64,000 nucleotides of DNA from Macrostomum lignano (Eukaryota): the NCBI GenBank assembly GCA_002269645.1, contig NIVC01001944.1, positions 62,001 through 126,000 on the forward strand, written 5' to 3'. Under the pieces are notes generated by a model. The model was not told the DNA's origin and did not search any database. It was given only the letters and a program-made list of their open reading frames with translations. Shown in pieces: positions 42,899-56,596 of this stretch (position 1 is the first letter of the stretch; the number at the start of each line of letters is the position of its first letter). Made by a program: the position numbers and the translations under genes.

Positions 42899-45800
42899 AT
42901 GTCCGTAGACTATACTCAGTGGGAAAGAAACCGATTTCCCCCTCCAATGGAACCTAAGCAGCAAGTGACTAAACCGTTGGACACTGAATGTAAGTTAAAA
43001 CGATCTTTCACTTTACTGCGAACCAAAGTTCGTAAGTTGTAGAATTCCATTGCAGGACAGCTTCTGAACTATTTTATTGAAGAGTTTTTCTATTACCATT
43101 TTAGCATTTACTTGGGGTGCGTTTTCAATTTCCGAAAGCCCTAGCCGCGTTGGATCGGCATGCAGTCTGTCAAAGTGCAACCATCCATGGAACAATTTCC
43201 GTGCTCGAGAGGCTGCCCGACTGGAAGAAGAAAAAAAGAAAGCAAGAATGAAAGAAATTAAAGTAAGTCATACTTTAAATACTCGAAGATTGAATGGATT
43301 AAAATTCATATTGAACTATAAGTATGATTATTGCATTGGTTAGATTTTTAAAACTAAAAGTTTTCATATGCATGTACGAGTTGCTATAATTCAGCCAAAC
43401 TATTTTTCAGGTCAAGATTAGACTTCACGAGAAGACTTTGCATGACATTAAAAAACGACAAACTGAGCTGTAAGATACAAACTATTGATTTTTATTTGAT
43501 TATTTTTCAATCAATATATATGTAAACTTCGACAGTCGTTTTACTTAATTTTATATTTGCTCAACAGCATCAAAAGCAATCTCGACATGTTTCATCTAAT
43601 CGAAAATGATGAGCGAGTAAATTTGAAATCGGCAGACGACTGCCTGAGGCGCTATCAAAAATCGAGGGTGAGACATGGACTAAGCTTGCTACAGTTATAG
43701 TTAGGCAGTGATAATAAATATGACGATAAATGGTATTCTTCACATTTAAAACTGTTCAGGACGGAATTCACCTGATGAGGCAGCGATTCGATCGCCAGAG
43801 ACAGGAGCTGCAGGCTGAGCTGGACGAACTCAAACAGCGACTCGGCGCTTCAACGCAGAGTAATTATCGATTTTACCTTTTAGTAATATCAGTCAGTCAT
43901 CAAGTAGAAATTACACTCTTATTACACAATTACCCACACCTGCCTGTTAAACAAACCCGTCACAGAACTGCAGTCCCAGCTGCAGGCCGTAGTTGACGAA
44001 GTAAACGAGATCTACGCCGAGCTGGCTCTGCTCAACAACTACAAAGATAAAATTTATCCGGAACGCCTGGTGCTAATTCACCAGCTCAAGCAGCAGCTGG
44101 CATCCGCTCAGCTGGATAACGAGGTGCGTGCAGATTTATGCAAATCCTCTCATTGTTCAACAAGTCAGTCATCTGTTAGACAGGTTGAGTTACCTGTTAG
44201 ACAGGCCAAGTTACCTGTTAGACAGGTTGAGTTACCTGTTAGACAGGCCAAGTTACCTGTTAGACAGGTTGAATTACCTGTTTCCCCAAAGGAAACTTGC
44301 CTCCAATATAAACATGAACATCCATATGTAACCTTTGAAAACTGTTTAAAAACTGTCTCGAACTACTTGTGTTTGAGTAGTAAACTGCGAACATAGTACG
44401 AGTATTGTATATTTCAATATTGTTGATAGAAACTTACTACTTGGTCAGTAGCGCCTGTATGTGCCTGTTGTGCTGTAAAACTGTCAAAAAACTGCTTATT
44501 TATCATCCAGAGCTCGAAAATCATCCCTTTCATTGCTGAAATTTTAGATATTTGAGCAGCTTTTCTCAGAAAATGTTCTGCTCAATCAGGGCGTTCTGCG
44601 TCTTCGCAGTTTTGGAGTAACCATTTGCACTTATGATAGTTACCCGAGAATATATCAAACTATAATTTCAGCACAACTTGAATGCCCCGAGTCTGCACCA
44701 GCTGAGTTAGCAAAATTCTTTTCATTTCTAAGTGTGCTTCTATCAGCAAATAAGATTTATTTTTCTCTATCGATTTTGTTTGAATTTTCGGATTGAACAA
44801 CCGGCTATGCCTACTGGAAACGAATTCGGCAGTAGTATGAACAAAATTTAATTGAGCCTTTCCACCATTTCAGCTCGGAACCTATGATTCGTTAGTTAAA
44901 CAAATCGTTATTTTGTTCACAATTTTCACAATGCTTATGGCTGAAGGATATTTGATCGTTGGAGTGCGTTAACAAAGTGCATATAAAATAGGGTTTAGTA
45001 ACGGTAGTATCGATGATGCATATCTTTGATGAGGGAGTGTGTTTGTTTGTGATGAGGGAGTGTGCTTATTTGTGATGAGGGAGTGTGTTTATTTATGATG
45101 AGGGAGTGTGTTTATTTGTGATGAGGGAGTGTACTTATTTGTGATGAGGGAGTGTGTTTATTTGTGGTGAGGGAGTGTGTTTATTTGTGATGAAGGAGTG
45201 TGTTTATTTGTGATGAGGGAGTGTGTTTATTTGTGATGAGGGAGTGTGTTTATTTGTGATGAGGGAGTGTGTTTATTTGTGATGAGGGAGTGTGTTTATT
45301 TGTGGTGAGGTAGTGTGTTTTTTTGTGATGAGGGAGTGTGTTTATTTGTGACGAGGGAGTGTGTTTATTTGTGGTGAGGTAGTGTGTTTATTTGTGATGA
45401 GGGAGTGTGTTTATTTGTGGTGAGGTAGTGTGTTTATTTGTGATGAGGGAGTGTGTTTATTTGTGGTGAGGTAGTGTGTTTATTTGTGATGAGGGAGTGT
45501 GTTTATTTGTGACGAGGGAGTGTGTTTATTTGTGACGAGGGAGTGTGTTTATTTGTGATGAGGGAGTGTGTTTATTTGTGATGAGGGAGTGTGTTTATTT
45601 GTGATGAGGGAGTGATTTTATTGTACTGAAGTAGATATTCATGTGTTTATGCCAATGCATGGGCGTTTCAGCTAATCACTGGCTTCTCACCGACATTCAA
45701 AATTGTTTCTGACCAACTGTAACTGGCATGACGAAACCAATCGTATCCAGCATGGTTGCAGCAGAAAAAATTCAAATATTATTGAATGTTAATCTGCTGT

Positions 45801-48661
45801 ACAACCCGTACGAAATATTTTATTTACTATCGCAACCCTGCAATAAAATCACAAAATTCTTTACGATACAGTGCACTTTGCAAGTCTGTCACTCTGCGTT
45901 TTAACTATTTATTTATTTATGATTTGCAATATCTCCACTTCATGTAGCTATATCACACAGTTAACTTTTAATTTACTAATTTTATCCCACAGGAAGAGGA
46001 GGAACAGCTGCTCGAGGTGATTCAGGCCGAGCAGAGGAAGCTGATGGGGCAGGAATCGCAGTCTTTGGAGGCCATGAGGGCTGGCGTGGCCAAGGTTTGT
46101 CCGGGCGGGTGCTGTGCGCAAACTTTTATTGGCATTGTTCACATTCAGGATGGGAATGGGAAGGACATTGGGGAACTAAGAGCTCGTAGAGGGAGGGAGG
46201 TGGTGGATAAGTGAGATGGGTAGAGGAGTGAGGTGGACAGCAGACAGCGGGGAAGTGGACAGCGGAGTGAAGTGTAAATATCGAAGAGTGAGGTGGACAC
46301 CAGTGAGTTGGACAGGGGAGTGAGGTGGACAGAGGAGTGAGGTGGACAGGGGAGTGAGGTGGACAGAGGAGTGAGGTGGGCAGAGGAGTGAGGTGGACAG
46401 GGGAGTAAGGTGGGCAGAGCTAGGAGTGAGGTGGGCAGAGGAGTGAGGTGGGCAAAGGAGTGAGGTGGACAGGGGAGTGAGGTGGACAGAGGAGTGAGGT
46501 GGACAGAGCTAGGAGTGAGGTGGACAGGGGAGTGAGGTGGACAGGGGAGTGAAGTGTACATATCGAAGAGTGAGGTGGACAGAGGAGTGAGGGGGGTAGA
46601 GTAGTGAGGGGGTAGAGTAGTGAGGGGGGTAGAGTAGTGAGGGGGTAGAGTAGTGAGGGGGGTAGAGGATTGAGGTGGACAGAGTCTGGGGTTGTGGCAG
46701 TACTCGAATTCATTTCACTTGAAACCTAGCAACATGTAAAAGGGGGCGGGACCTTGTTCAATTTTCGCGCATGAGGGCAACCCCGAGGCTCAGAGTGTAC
46801 ATCTTCTAACGGTTAAAGGGTCAGGGCCGCTGTACACCCGTGTGTCTGACTGCTTGCCTCTTCTCTGGGTCGTTGGCCGCCTGTCGCCCTAGTTCACCAC
46901 CCAGTCATAACGGCCCTGATACTCCGCAGAAAGCTCTCTCGGAGCTGCACCCCTCCATAGTCGGCATGGCCGATGAGAACAGAAAACTCGCTCAAGACAT
47001 CGAGTTCCATCGCGACCTCAACTGCCGCCTTCGCGCCGAGATTCGCTCCCTGGAAGCGGCCAACGATGCGTTGAGACGGGACCCCGAGGCGGCCGTGCCC
47101 AGCAGCATGTTCCCGCAGATTTTCAGGAGGCAGGAGAAGTGAGTCACTCAGCCACCTGGGGTTGCTGGGCGGGCTGAAGGCATGGAACAGTGTGTGGCTC
47201 GAAGATGGTGACGGAGTGAGGTTGGTGACGGAGTAATGTTGGTGACGGAGTGAGGTTGGTGACGGAGTGAGGTTGGTGACGGAGTAATGTTGGTGACGGA
47301 GTAAGGTTGGTGACGGAGTGAGGTTGGTGACGGAGTGAGGTTGGTGACGGAGTGAGGTTGGTGACGGAGTGAAGTTGGTGACGGAGTGAGGTTGGTGACG
47401 GAGTAAGGTTGGTGACGGAGTGAGGTTGGTGACGGAGTGATGTTGGTGACGGAGTGAGGTTGGTGACGGAGTAATGTTGGTGACGGAGTGAGGTTGGTGA
47501 CGGAGTGATGTTGGTGACGGAGTGAGGTTGGTGACGGAGTGAGGTTGGTGACGGAGTGATGTTGGTGACGGAGTGAGGTTGGTGACGGAGTAAGGTTGGT
47601 GACGGAGTAAGGTTGGTGACGGAGTGAGGTTGGTGACGGAGTAAAGTTGGTGACGGAGTGAGGTTGGTGACGGAGTGAGGTTGGTGACGGAGTAAGGTTG
47701 GTGACGGAGTAAGGTTGGTGACGGAGTGAGGTTGGTGACGGAGTGATGTTGGTGACGGAGTGAGGTTGGTGACGGAGTGATGTTGGTGACGGAGTAATGT
47801 TGGTGACGGAGTGAGGTTGGTGACGGAGTAATGTTGGTGACGGAGTAAGGTTGGTGACGGAGTAATGTTGGTGACGGAGTGAGGTTGGTGACGGAGTGAG
47901 GTTGGTGACGGAGTGAGGTTGGTGACGGAGTGAGGTTGGTGACGGAGTGAGGTTGGTGACGGAGTGAGGTTGGTGACGGAGTGAGGTTGGTGACGGAGTA
48001 ATGTTGGTGACGGAGTGAGGTTGGTGACGGAGTGAGGTTGGTGACGGAGTGAGGTTGGTGACGGAGTGAGGTTGGTGACGGAGTGAGGTTGGTGACGGAG
48101 TGAGGTTGGTGACGGAGTGAGGTTGGTGACGGAGTGAGGTTGGTGACGGAGTGAGGTTGGTGACGGAGTGAGGTTGGTGACGGAGTGAGGTTGGTGACGG
48201 AGTGAGGTTGGTGACGGAGTGAGGTTGGTGACGGAGTGAGGTTGGTGACGGAGTAATGTTGGTGACGGAGTGAGGTTGGTGACGGAGTGAGGTTGGTGAC
48301 GGAGTAATGTTGGTGACGGAGTGAGGTTGGTGACGGAGTGAGGTTGGTGACGGAGTGAGGTTGGTGACGGAGTGAGGTTGGTGACGGAGTGAGGTTGGTG
48401 ACGGAGTAAGGTTGGTGACGGAGTAATGTTGGTGACGGAGTGAGGTTGGTGACGGAGTGAGGTTGGTGACGGAGTAATGTTGGTGACGGAGTAATGTTGG
48501 TGACGGAGTAATGTTGGTGACGGAGTCAGCACAAACCCAGTTCAACAGATTCTCAGGTCTGAGCCTACATTATACAGCAGTTCTCACACACCTCACCCAG
48601 GTGCACCCCGGACATGGATGTAGTCCTGGACATACCGACACGCAAATTGCCAATCATCTGA
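42899..48661 (+). CDS. C20orf96: C20orf96-like (DUF4618) coiled-coil protein, multi-exon
   Basis: Exons encode VDYTQW, NNYKDKIYPERLVLIHQLKQQL, LRAEIRSL...FPQIFRRQEK, and a last exon CTPDMDVVLDIP (48601-48661) matching the human C-terminus KCTPDMDVILNIP. Confidence 0.82.
45025..45615. repeat. Intronic 23-bp minisatellite (gtgatgagggagtgtgtttattt)
   Basis: Tandem copies. Confidence 0.92.
46230..46690. repeat. Intronic ~17-bp G-rich minisatellite (gaggagtgaggtggaca)
   Basis: Tandem copies. Confidence 0.88.
47170..48525. repeat. Intronic 17-bp minisatellite (gttggtgacggagtgag)
   Basis: About 80 copies filling the last intron of the C20orf96-like gene. Confidence 0.95.
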
Positions 48662-49713
48662 TGGCTCCGGAGTCTACTTGACAAAGAGAGCAGATGACTT
48701 CTGATGAATATCTACTTAACATCCTAAAGTGTGAATAATGCCTGTAAAATGTACTTATTGACTTATTGAACCCGAAATGTGCTAAAGAGTAGAAATTAAC
48801 AAATACATAGAATAAACTTAAACAATTTCACGACTCAAAGTTGCAAATACGTTGAAAACAAATTCCAAGCAGATTTAATTAGACTTGATTTGTGACTTCA
48901 AAACGTGTCTAAAAGTTGATTGACTGGTGTATATTCATTAAGCTAATTAGTAAGCTGTCAGCAGTCTACTATGAGTAGAACAAAAACAAAAGCAAAACAT
49001 GCTGCAGTGAGGAAAAAACTTTGAGAAGAAATGAAAATGAAAATCAGTCTAAACAGACTACTATCAAAGGCATAGTCGGTGCATGCAGATAATACTGAAC
49101 AGAGCTTGAGGGTAAATAGATTAGGCGGCAAAAAATCTTGGCCACCGACTAGATAAGTAATCGATTGACAGTAAAAATTGTAGCTTATAAAACTGAAATC
49201 GGGTGTGAATTGTAAGGCCACAGTGGTTATTATCAGAAAATTTTCAAAGCGAAGCACACAGCAAAATTTAAAAAGTACATGCGTGACTTTTACTCTATAT
49301 AGCTAGCTATTGTAAGTTTGTTCGACCTTGAACGGCAAGCGCACGCGTTGGTCGCGTGATCAATGTAACCTTTATCAATAGTTTCAAACAGCATCACGTG
49401 ACACTAGAGCAGTTTGCAGAAACGCCATGCACACAAAAGTATAGAAATCATTAACAAGGACTCTCAAGGACGTATTTATTTTAATAAAAGGAGTCATCCC
49501 TTCTCAAATTTAGGAAGTCAAAACTCGGCGAGATGGGAACTTTTCTGTGCTTTTCGAACTACATCTAGATAATCCGTTCTGTATTTTACTGACACACTTT
49601 TTTGCCTACAGCCTCAATTTCATATGCAAGGACCAGGAAATTGAGCAGGAAACTTTCTATCTCGCCAGTTCAATTCGAGAGCCGCTTAGCTACAAAATCC
49701 AAGCTCTCCAAGG

Positions 49714-51930
49714 TCAGTTGGAGCCCAGGTCGCCCTGCCTGCACACCTCGATCATGCAGTCCTCGGTGATCTCGCCTAGCTCGCTGGCCTGCATCTCCTT
49801 GTGGACTCCCTGCAGCTTGCGACGCAGATCGTTCTTGGAGGAGGCGATGAGCATCCGCTGCCGGATCGGCAGGTTGTCCGGGCCCCTGCAATGCCGGTCG
49901 GGTGTGGGAATCTCGGCTTGGCTCTGCTCGTGCAATTAACGGCCTTGACCAAGGCACAGTGAAGTGTAAATGCCTACTAACGATAAATAAAGTTAGGGCC
50001 GCTGTGCACTCCTGTGTGAGTGTGTGCCTGTGCCTGCCTGCTCAGGGGAGTGGGCGGAATGGGCAGTAATGCCTCTCGACGGTTGTGTGACAATGTCGCT
50101 TAAAGTGCACCAGGGTGCACACAGCCCCCTGCCTCTGATGAAAAGGGTGTACAGAGGCCCGGACTTTTTTGTTGCTAAGCATAGGTGTGAAACGCACAAC
50201 AACCCGCCGGCCAATTTTCGTGCTCACAGACCCAAAATAAATGTGGCTGAGTTGCTTTGCCCCTGTGGTTCCTTTAGCTCAGTACTAATGCTAGCTGTGG
50301 AGGTCCCACTGTACGGTAGGTTGACTTCTTGACTCGTTATGCACAGATATTTATCGTTTTAAAGGCTAGGTAGTACCCGGAAGTAAAAAATACTTGTATA
50401 CCCCAAATGAAGTACTAATAAAGCAACCAATTTACTAAAGTACATATATTTGTACCTGTGTACACACCCTCAGTGCCTGTAGTACAGCAGATATGTATTT
50501 CTGTGGAACTTTACAACCATAAGTCGAGTTGTTTAAATACTTTGGTGGCTGTAGTAACACACCTGAGTGATTGTAGTAACACACCTGAGTGACTGTAGTA
50601 ACACACCTGAGTGACTGTAGTAACACACCTGAGTGACTATAGTAACACACCTGAGTGACTGTAGTAACACACCTGAGTGACTGTAGTAACACACCTGAGT
50701 GACTGTAGTAACACACCTGAGTGACTGTAGTAACACACCTGAGTGACTATAGTAACACACCTGAGTGACTGTAGTAACACACCTGAGTGACTGTAGTAAC
50801 ACACCTGAGTGACTGTAGTAACACACCTGAGTGACTGTAGTAACACACCTGAGTGATTGTTGTAACACACCTGAGTGACTGTAGTAACACACCTGAGTGA
50901 CTGTAGTAACACACCTGAGTGATTGTAGTAACACACCTGAGTGACTGTAGTAACACACCTGAGTGATTGTAGTAACACACCTGAGTGACTGTAGTAACAC
51001 ACCTGAGTGACTGTAGTAACACACCTGAGTGACTGTAGTAACACACCTGAGTGACTGTAGTAACACACCTGAGTGACTGTAGTAACACACCTGAGTGACT
51101 GTAGTAACACACCTGAGTGACTGTAGTAACACACCTGAGTGACTGTAGTAACACACCTGAGTGATTGTAGTAACACACCTGAGTGACTGTAGTAACACAC
51201 CTGAGTGACTGTAGTAACACACCTGAGTGACTGTAGTAACACACCTGAGTGATTGTAGTAACACACCTGAGTGACTGTAGTAACACACCTGAGTGACTGT
51301 AGTAACACACCTGAGTGACTGTAGTAACACACCTGAGTGATTGTAGTAACACACCTGAGTGACTGTAGTAACACACCTGAGTGACTGTAGTAACACACCT
51401 GAGTGACTGTAGTAACACACCTGAGTGACTGTAGTAACATACCTGAGTGACTGTAGTAACACACCTGAGTGACTGTAGTAACACACCTGAGTGATTGTAG
51501 TAACACACCTGAGTGACTGTAGTAACACACCTGAGTGACTGTAGTAACACACCTGAGTGACTGTAGTAACACACCTGAGTGACTATAGTAACCCACCTGA
51601 GTGACTGTAGTAACATACCTGAGTGACTGTAGTACACAAACGCATTTCATTTACTCACCAGCTCACAAAGACCAGCTTGTTCCGCTTCTGTTTCGACTCC
51701 AGCTCATACTCGATATCGTACACTCCGTACACTCCCCGGCCCTGGTCTTGATAGGCCTTCAAATCCGCCAGGAACTCCTCATATGGTGCCGTCAACGGCG
51801 CCTTCTTCAGAACGCCAATCTCGCGGTCGCTGTTCACCAGGCCAAGCAGCAGGTAGCGGCTCGTGTGCCGCGTCTTCACCTCATTGAAGGCCTGCAGCAC
51901 TTCGTCGAGAATTTTCACTCCAGACGCCAT
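49714..51930 (-). CDS. ADF/cofilin family protein (exons 51930-51659, 49885-49714)
   Basis: MASGVKILDE...YGVYDIEY...KLVFVSW|GPDNLPIRQRMLIASSKNDLRRKLQGVHKEMQAS, with GT-AG and a phase-2 intron. Confidence 0.93.
49905..50140 (+). mobile_element. 5'-truncated copy of the tRNA-derived SINE next to the cofilin 3' splice site
   Basis: Matches the body of the other two copies (gtcgcttaaagtgcaccagggtgcacac...). Confidence 0.8.
50545..51635. repeat. Intronic 22-bp minisatellite (acacctgagtgactgtagtaac)
   Basis: About 50 copies in the cofilin intron. Confidence 0.95.
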
Positions 51931-53905
51931 GCAAAAGAGTGGGAATGGTTGAGGTGTTTGTGAGGCAGCCGAATTCTGAATCAAATTAATTCAAACTAAA
52001 TCACATTCTGTTTCAGCTAAGCTTCAGCATTCAGAAAATAATATCTAGAGGAGCTTTTAATAGAATTTTCTATGATTTCTATGATAAAGCAAAAAATAAG
52101 TATCTTATGATTAATAATTTACTCTAAGAATGAATTAAAGTAGTTAAAATACCATGCACTTAAAATAAAACATCTGAGTGACTGTAGTCTTATTCTATAT
52201 CTTATCTTATTCTATAAGTGGATTATTTTTATAGAAAATCTAGCAGATACAAAGATTTTATCATACTTTTTCAAGGCTGTTTCAAAATAATGTTAGAAAA
52301 CTATGAGTCAAGACTAAATAGTTATATTACAAAATTTGAGGTATTTGAAAAACTAAAAGCAATAGTAGATACAAATAAAAAATTTCTTTTAAAAGGTATG
52401 CGAATTTAGATATATGGCTTTTAAAGCCACAAGAATTACTTTATATTTTTGTGAAATTTGTAAATTAATTGCTGCAGACTTATACTGATCTTATTATCTT
52501 ATCATAATTATCAGCTAATCTTTTCTATGACTATTGTACAATTCTATAATTATAATAAATAAAATTGTTACAAAATGCATATATTAGCTTCACTAAATCC
52601 ACTGCAAAAAGTTATTACTATTATTGTAGCTATATCTATTTATCAAATGAACTTATAAAAATTGCATATCTTCAATAATTCAGATTACTATTGGTGGATG
52701 TTAACCTTTTAAAATTTTACTATTACATGTGTATTATAGCATCACATCGTTGCAAATGCATTACACATGCACAAAGCAAAGCCATTATACTATTGTCAAG
52801 TCAATTAGTATTAGAAAATTCTTAAAAATAAAAGTAAGTATACAAGTAAGGTCTATTTATTTATTTATATGCAATTTTAACAGTAACTAAAATAGGAAAT
52901 GAACTAAATAGAATAAACCAGTTTATGTAACACGAGCTCTCGGTTGCGATAGTAAATTTTAGCTTTTAGCGTTTCGGCTTCGGCTTTCGATCGTGGGGGG
53001 AGGCCTGCCCACGATAACTTTCTATAACTTTAAAAATATGGTGTTTGTATAATTAATTTTAATAAAAAAATAAAACTTTGCGTCTTTTTATCATATGTCT
53101 CTGGTCATCTTAATACACATCGCTGAAAATTTATTATTTTCAATAAATTTATTAGTTTCTACTCTAAATACTTTTTTTCGCACCGAGTCGTGTACAGATT
53201 CAAAGCTTCTCGAATCAATGTTTCGAGCAAGGACGACTTAAGTAGTCGTACTTAATTCGTCCTTGGTTTCGAGAAGTTGACAGCGTTGAATTGACAGTGA
53301 AGTTGACAGTTGACAGTGTGACAATATTAAAGCGTTTTTTATTTTTTTGTATAAGAAGCTAGCTAGGATATTATTAATGAATACTGATCAGTTACTGTTT
53401 TAGTAATTTAAAAACCTTTTGTAGCATAATTTATTACAAAATTAATAATTTTAAATCAGTGTTAAAGTATTTTTTGCAAATGTCTTACTCTTACTGTTAA
53501 TATCTAAATGATTACATAATTATATAATTATTGTCTAGTGTCTTTATTGACTAGGAACTTTGTTTTGTATATTGATTGCTATCAATAGTTAGTTTGCTAT
53601 TAGCCCCAGCCTTTCTAAGTTTTAAATGCTTTACTGAATTCTATTAATGTAGTGATCTTATCTAGAAATGAAAATATAAGACTAAGGTAGGTAAATTACC
53701 TAATGTGTTTCTATATTAAATAAAAATTTTGAAATTGTAATTCTTAATGACATAACTTGTATGGCTTCAAGCAATTTACTAGGCCATATTCTATAGCCAA
53801 GGTAATCCTTTGTTTGTTATTAACTTTATCAATATTTTACATTGCCTACATAACAAAGTTTATTTATTTTGTTGATTAATGTCTATAGACAAATATTTCA
53901 GCAAA

Positions 53906-55169
53906 ATGGCTGCCAATTCTGCAAAGCAGCTTGCAAAGTTAGGCCAGTGCCTACAAAAGTTCTGCAAAACAACTGATTTCAATCGAGTTATGGCCAAGGT
54001 AGCATTGTTTGCAATTTTGGTATTATTATTTACCCAATTGTAGTATTCTTTTTCAGTTTTGCAAGCATATATACCATTCTAAAAGTAATAATTTACTGAT
54101 GTCATTTTCCTTTTGTTGCAAGGCAGTTCCTGTTGCCTGTACCAAGAATACATGCACAGTTGAGCTGGCCATTGACACTGAGCATGCCAACACATATGGC
54201 ACCCTGCATGGTGGCCTGACTGCTTCTCTGGTCGACACCATGACAACCATGGCACTGGTTGCTAACGACTCTCCACCTGGCGTATCTGTGGAGCTGTCTG
54301 TCTCGTGAGTATGGGCCAAAGTCTGTACTCTGTTTTGTGTGTCCGCCTGGTGACTGAGTGAGGGAGTGCATGCATGCTAAACACCCGACTGCTGGACTGG
54401 CTCTCCCTATCTAATTCTCACTCTCTATCTACTTCTCACTCTCCCTATCTACTTCTCACTCTCCCTATTTACTTCCCACTCTCCATCTACTTCTCATTCT
54501 CCCTATCCACTTCTCACTCTCCCTATCTACTTCTCACTCTCCCTATCCACTACTCACTCTCCCTATCTACTTCTCACTCTCCCTATCTACTTCTCACTCT
54601 CCCTATCTACTTCTCACTCTCCCTATCTACTTCTCACTCCCTATCCACTACTCACTCTCCCTATCTACTTCTCACTCCCTATCCACTACTCACTCTCCCT
54701 ATCTACTTCTCACTCTCCCTATCCACTACTCACTCTCCCTATCTACTTCTCACTCTCCCTATCTACTTCTCGCTTTCCCTATCTACTTCTCGCTGTCCCT
54801 ATTTACTTCTCACTTTCCCTATCTACTTCTCGCTGTCCCTATCTGCTTCTCGCTCTCCCTATCTACCTCTCTACCTCTCCTCTATAATCCCTCGCTTTTT
54901 TCTACCTCGTATCTACCTCCCTTTTTCTGTCTACTTCTCTCCTTACCTATCTACTTCTTTTTTACAGATCTTAAAAGCAGCTGCATTCCAATTTTCTTTG
55001 GCGCCCTCCACCCCGCAGGTACATGCGACCGGCGGCCGTGGGCAGCACGCTGCTCATCCACTCCGAGATTGTCAAGCTGGGCAAGTCGATGGCCTTCCTG
55101 ACCAGCGAATTCCGGGACAAAGAGTCCGGCAAGCTGATCGCCACCGGGAAACACATTAAGCACCTGTAG
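53906..55169 (+). CDS. ACOT13: Acyl-CoA thioesterase 13 (THEM2, hotdog fold), three exons
   Basis: HANTYGTLHGGLTASLVDTMTT, PGVSVELSVS|YMRPA, KLGKSMAF and IATGKHIKHL, with GT-AG introns. Confidence 0.92.
54400..54870. repeat. Intronic 20-bp pyrimidine-rich minisatellite (ctccctatctacttctcact)
   Basis: Tandem copies in ACOT13 intron 2. Confidence 0.9.
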
Positions 55170-55968
55170 GCTGTGCAGGTCTGCACTGAGCATCGACTCT
55201 GTTAGCCACGTATTTTATTTTATTAGTAGCATCATGATTTGCTCATCCAGTATCTGCCATTGTAGATGTAGTTCCAGGCCGTTTCTTAAATACATCCGAG
55301 TTAGTCTTGTTTTAATCGAATTTCTAGCGTATATTTAAACGCCTACATACGCGTTTTGTGCTTTGGTTTTTTTCTTTATTTAAATAACGGTAGATTTCCT
55401 ATAATAGCCTAATTTTGCTACTGTCAGTAGCATGAAAAAGGCATTTGATTGTGTTTCAATGAAACAATAAAAGTTTCATATTTTCTGTGCCAAAGAGTTT
55501 TTTCTAGAAGAGAATTTTTTATTCAGCCGATAGCAAATAAGTATAGTGAGAAAGTACATGCTGATTAGGATAGCAATTAACCAGAGTTAAAGTACATGCT
55601 GTACTGTATAGTTCTCTAGAAGGCCTAGTTTAAGAGTGCTTTCAGTCTACTGCTAGTCTACTTCTTGTCCCTTCCCTGTCTACTTCTCATCCCTCTCATT
55701 GTCTACAATTCTTACTCCTCTCTGTATACTTTTCATTCTTCTCATCTGTTAATGCCTACTTCTCATCCTTCTCCTTTCTACTTCTCTCTCTCTGTATCTA
55801 TTTCTCAATCACTTCTCACCCTCTTTTATCCTGTCAATTTCTCACCCCCTTTCTACTTCTCACTCTCTCTCTCTCGCTGTCTACTTCTAGCTCCTTCTCT
55901 CTGTCTCACACTGGTAAGGCTCACAACTTCAGCTCCTCCATTCCAACCAGCGGCGTCGCATGCACACC

Positions 55969-56596
55969 GGGTGAGGTTGGTCGGTATAATTGTTGATCAA
56001 GCGAACCCTAGGCTGCCATGAATGTTGCCCACCCGAGTCTCAGCTGGGTGAGGTTGGTCGGTATAATTGTTGATCAAGCGAACCCTAGGCTGCCATGAAT
56101 GTTGCCCACCCGAGTCTCAGCTGGGTGAGGTTGGTCGGTATAATTGTTGATCAAGCGAACCCTAGGCTGCCATGAATGTTGCCCACCCGAGTCTCAGCTG
56201 GGTGAGGTTGGTCGGTATAATTGTTGATCAAGCGAACCCTAGGCTGCCATGAATGTTGCCCACCCGAGTCTCACAGCTGGGTGAGGTTGGTCGGTATAAT
56301 TGTTGATCAAGCGAACCCTAGGCTGCCATGAATGTTGCCCACCCGAGTCTCAGCTGGGTGAGGTTGGTCGGTATAATTGTTGATCAAGCGAACCCTAGGC
56401 TGCCATGAATGTTGCCCACCCGAGTCTCAGCTGGGTGAGGTTGGTCGGTATAATTGTTGATCAAGCGAACCCTAGGCTGCCATGAATGTTGCCCACCCGA
56501 GTCTCAGCTGGGTGAGGTTGGTCGGTATAATTGTTGATCAAGCGAACCCTAGGCTGCCATGAATGTTGCCCACCCGAGTCTCACAGCTGGGTGAGG
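55969..56596. repeat. 77-bp tandem array, 8 near-identical units
   Basis: Unit starts at 55969, 56046, 56123, 56200, 56279, 56356, 56433, 56510. Two units carry an extra AC. Confidence 0.93.

Noticed and set aside
47144-48545. Long 462-465 aa ORFs
   Set aside because: Stop-free translations of a 17-bp intronic minisatellite.
50435-51650. 296-339 aa repetitive ORFs
   Set aside because: Translations of the 22-bp repeat in the cofilin intron.
55969-56596. CRISPR-like array
   Set aside because: Units are contiguous with no unique spacers, there are no cas genes, and the context is eukaryotic.
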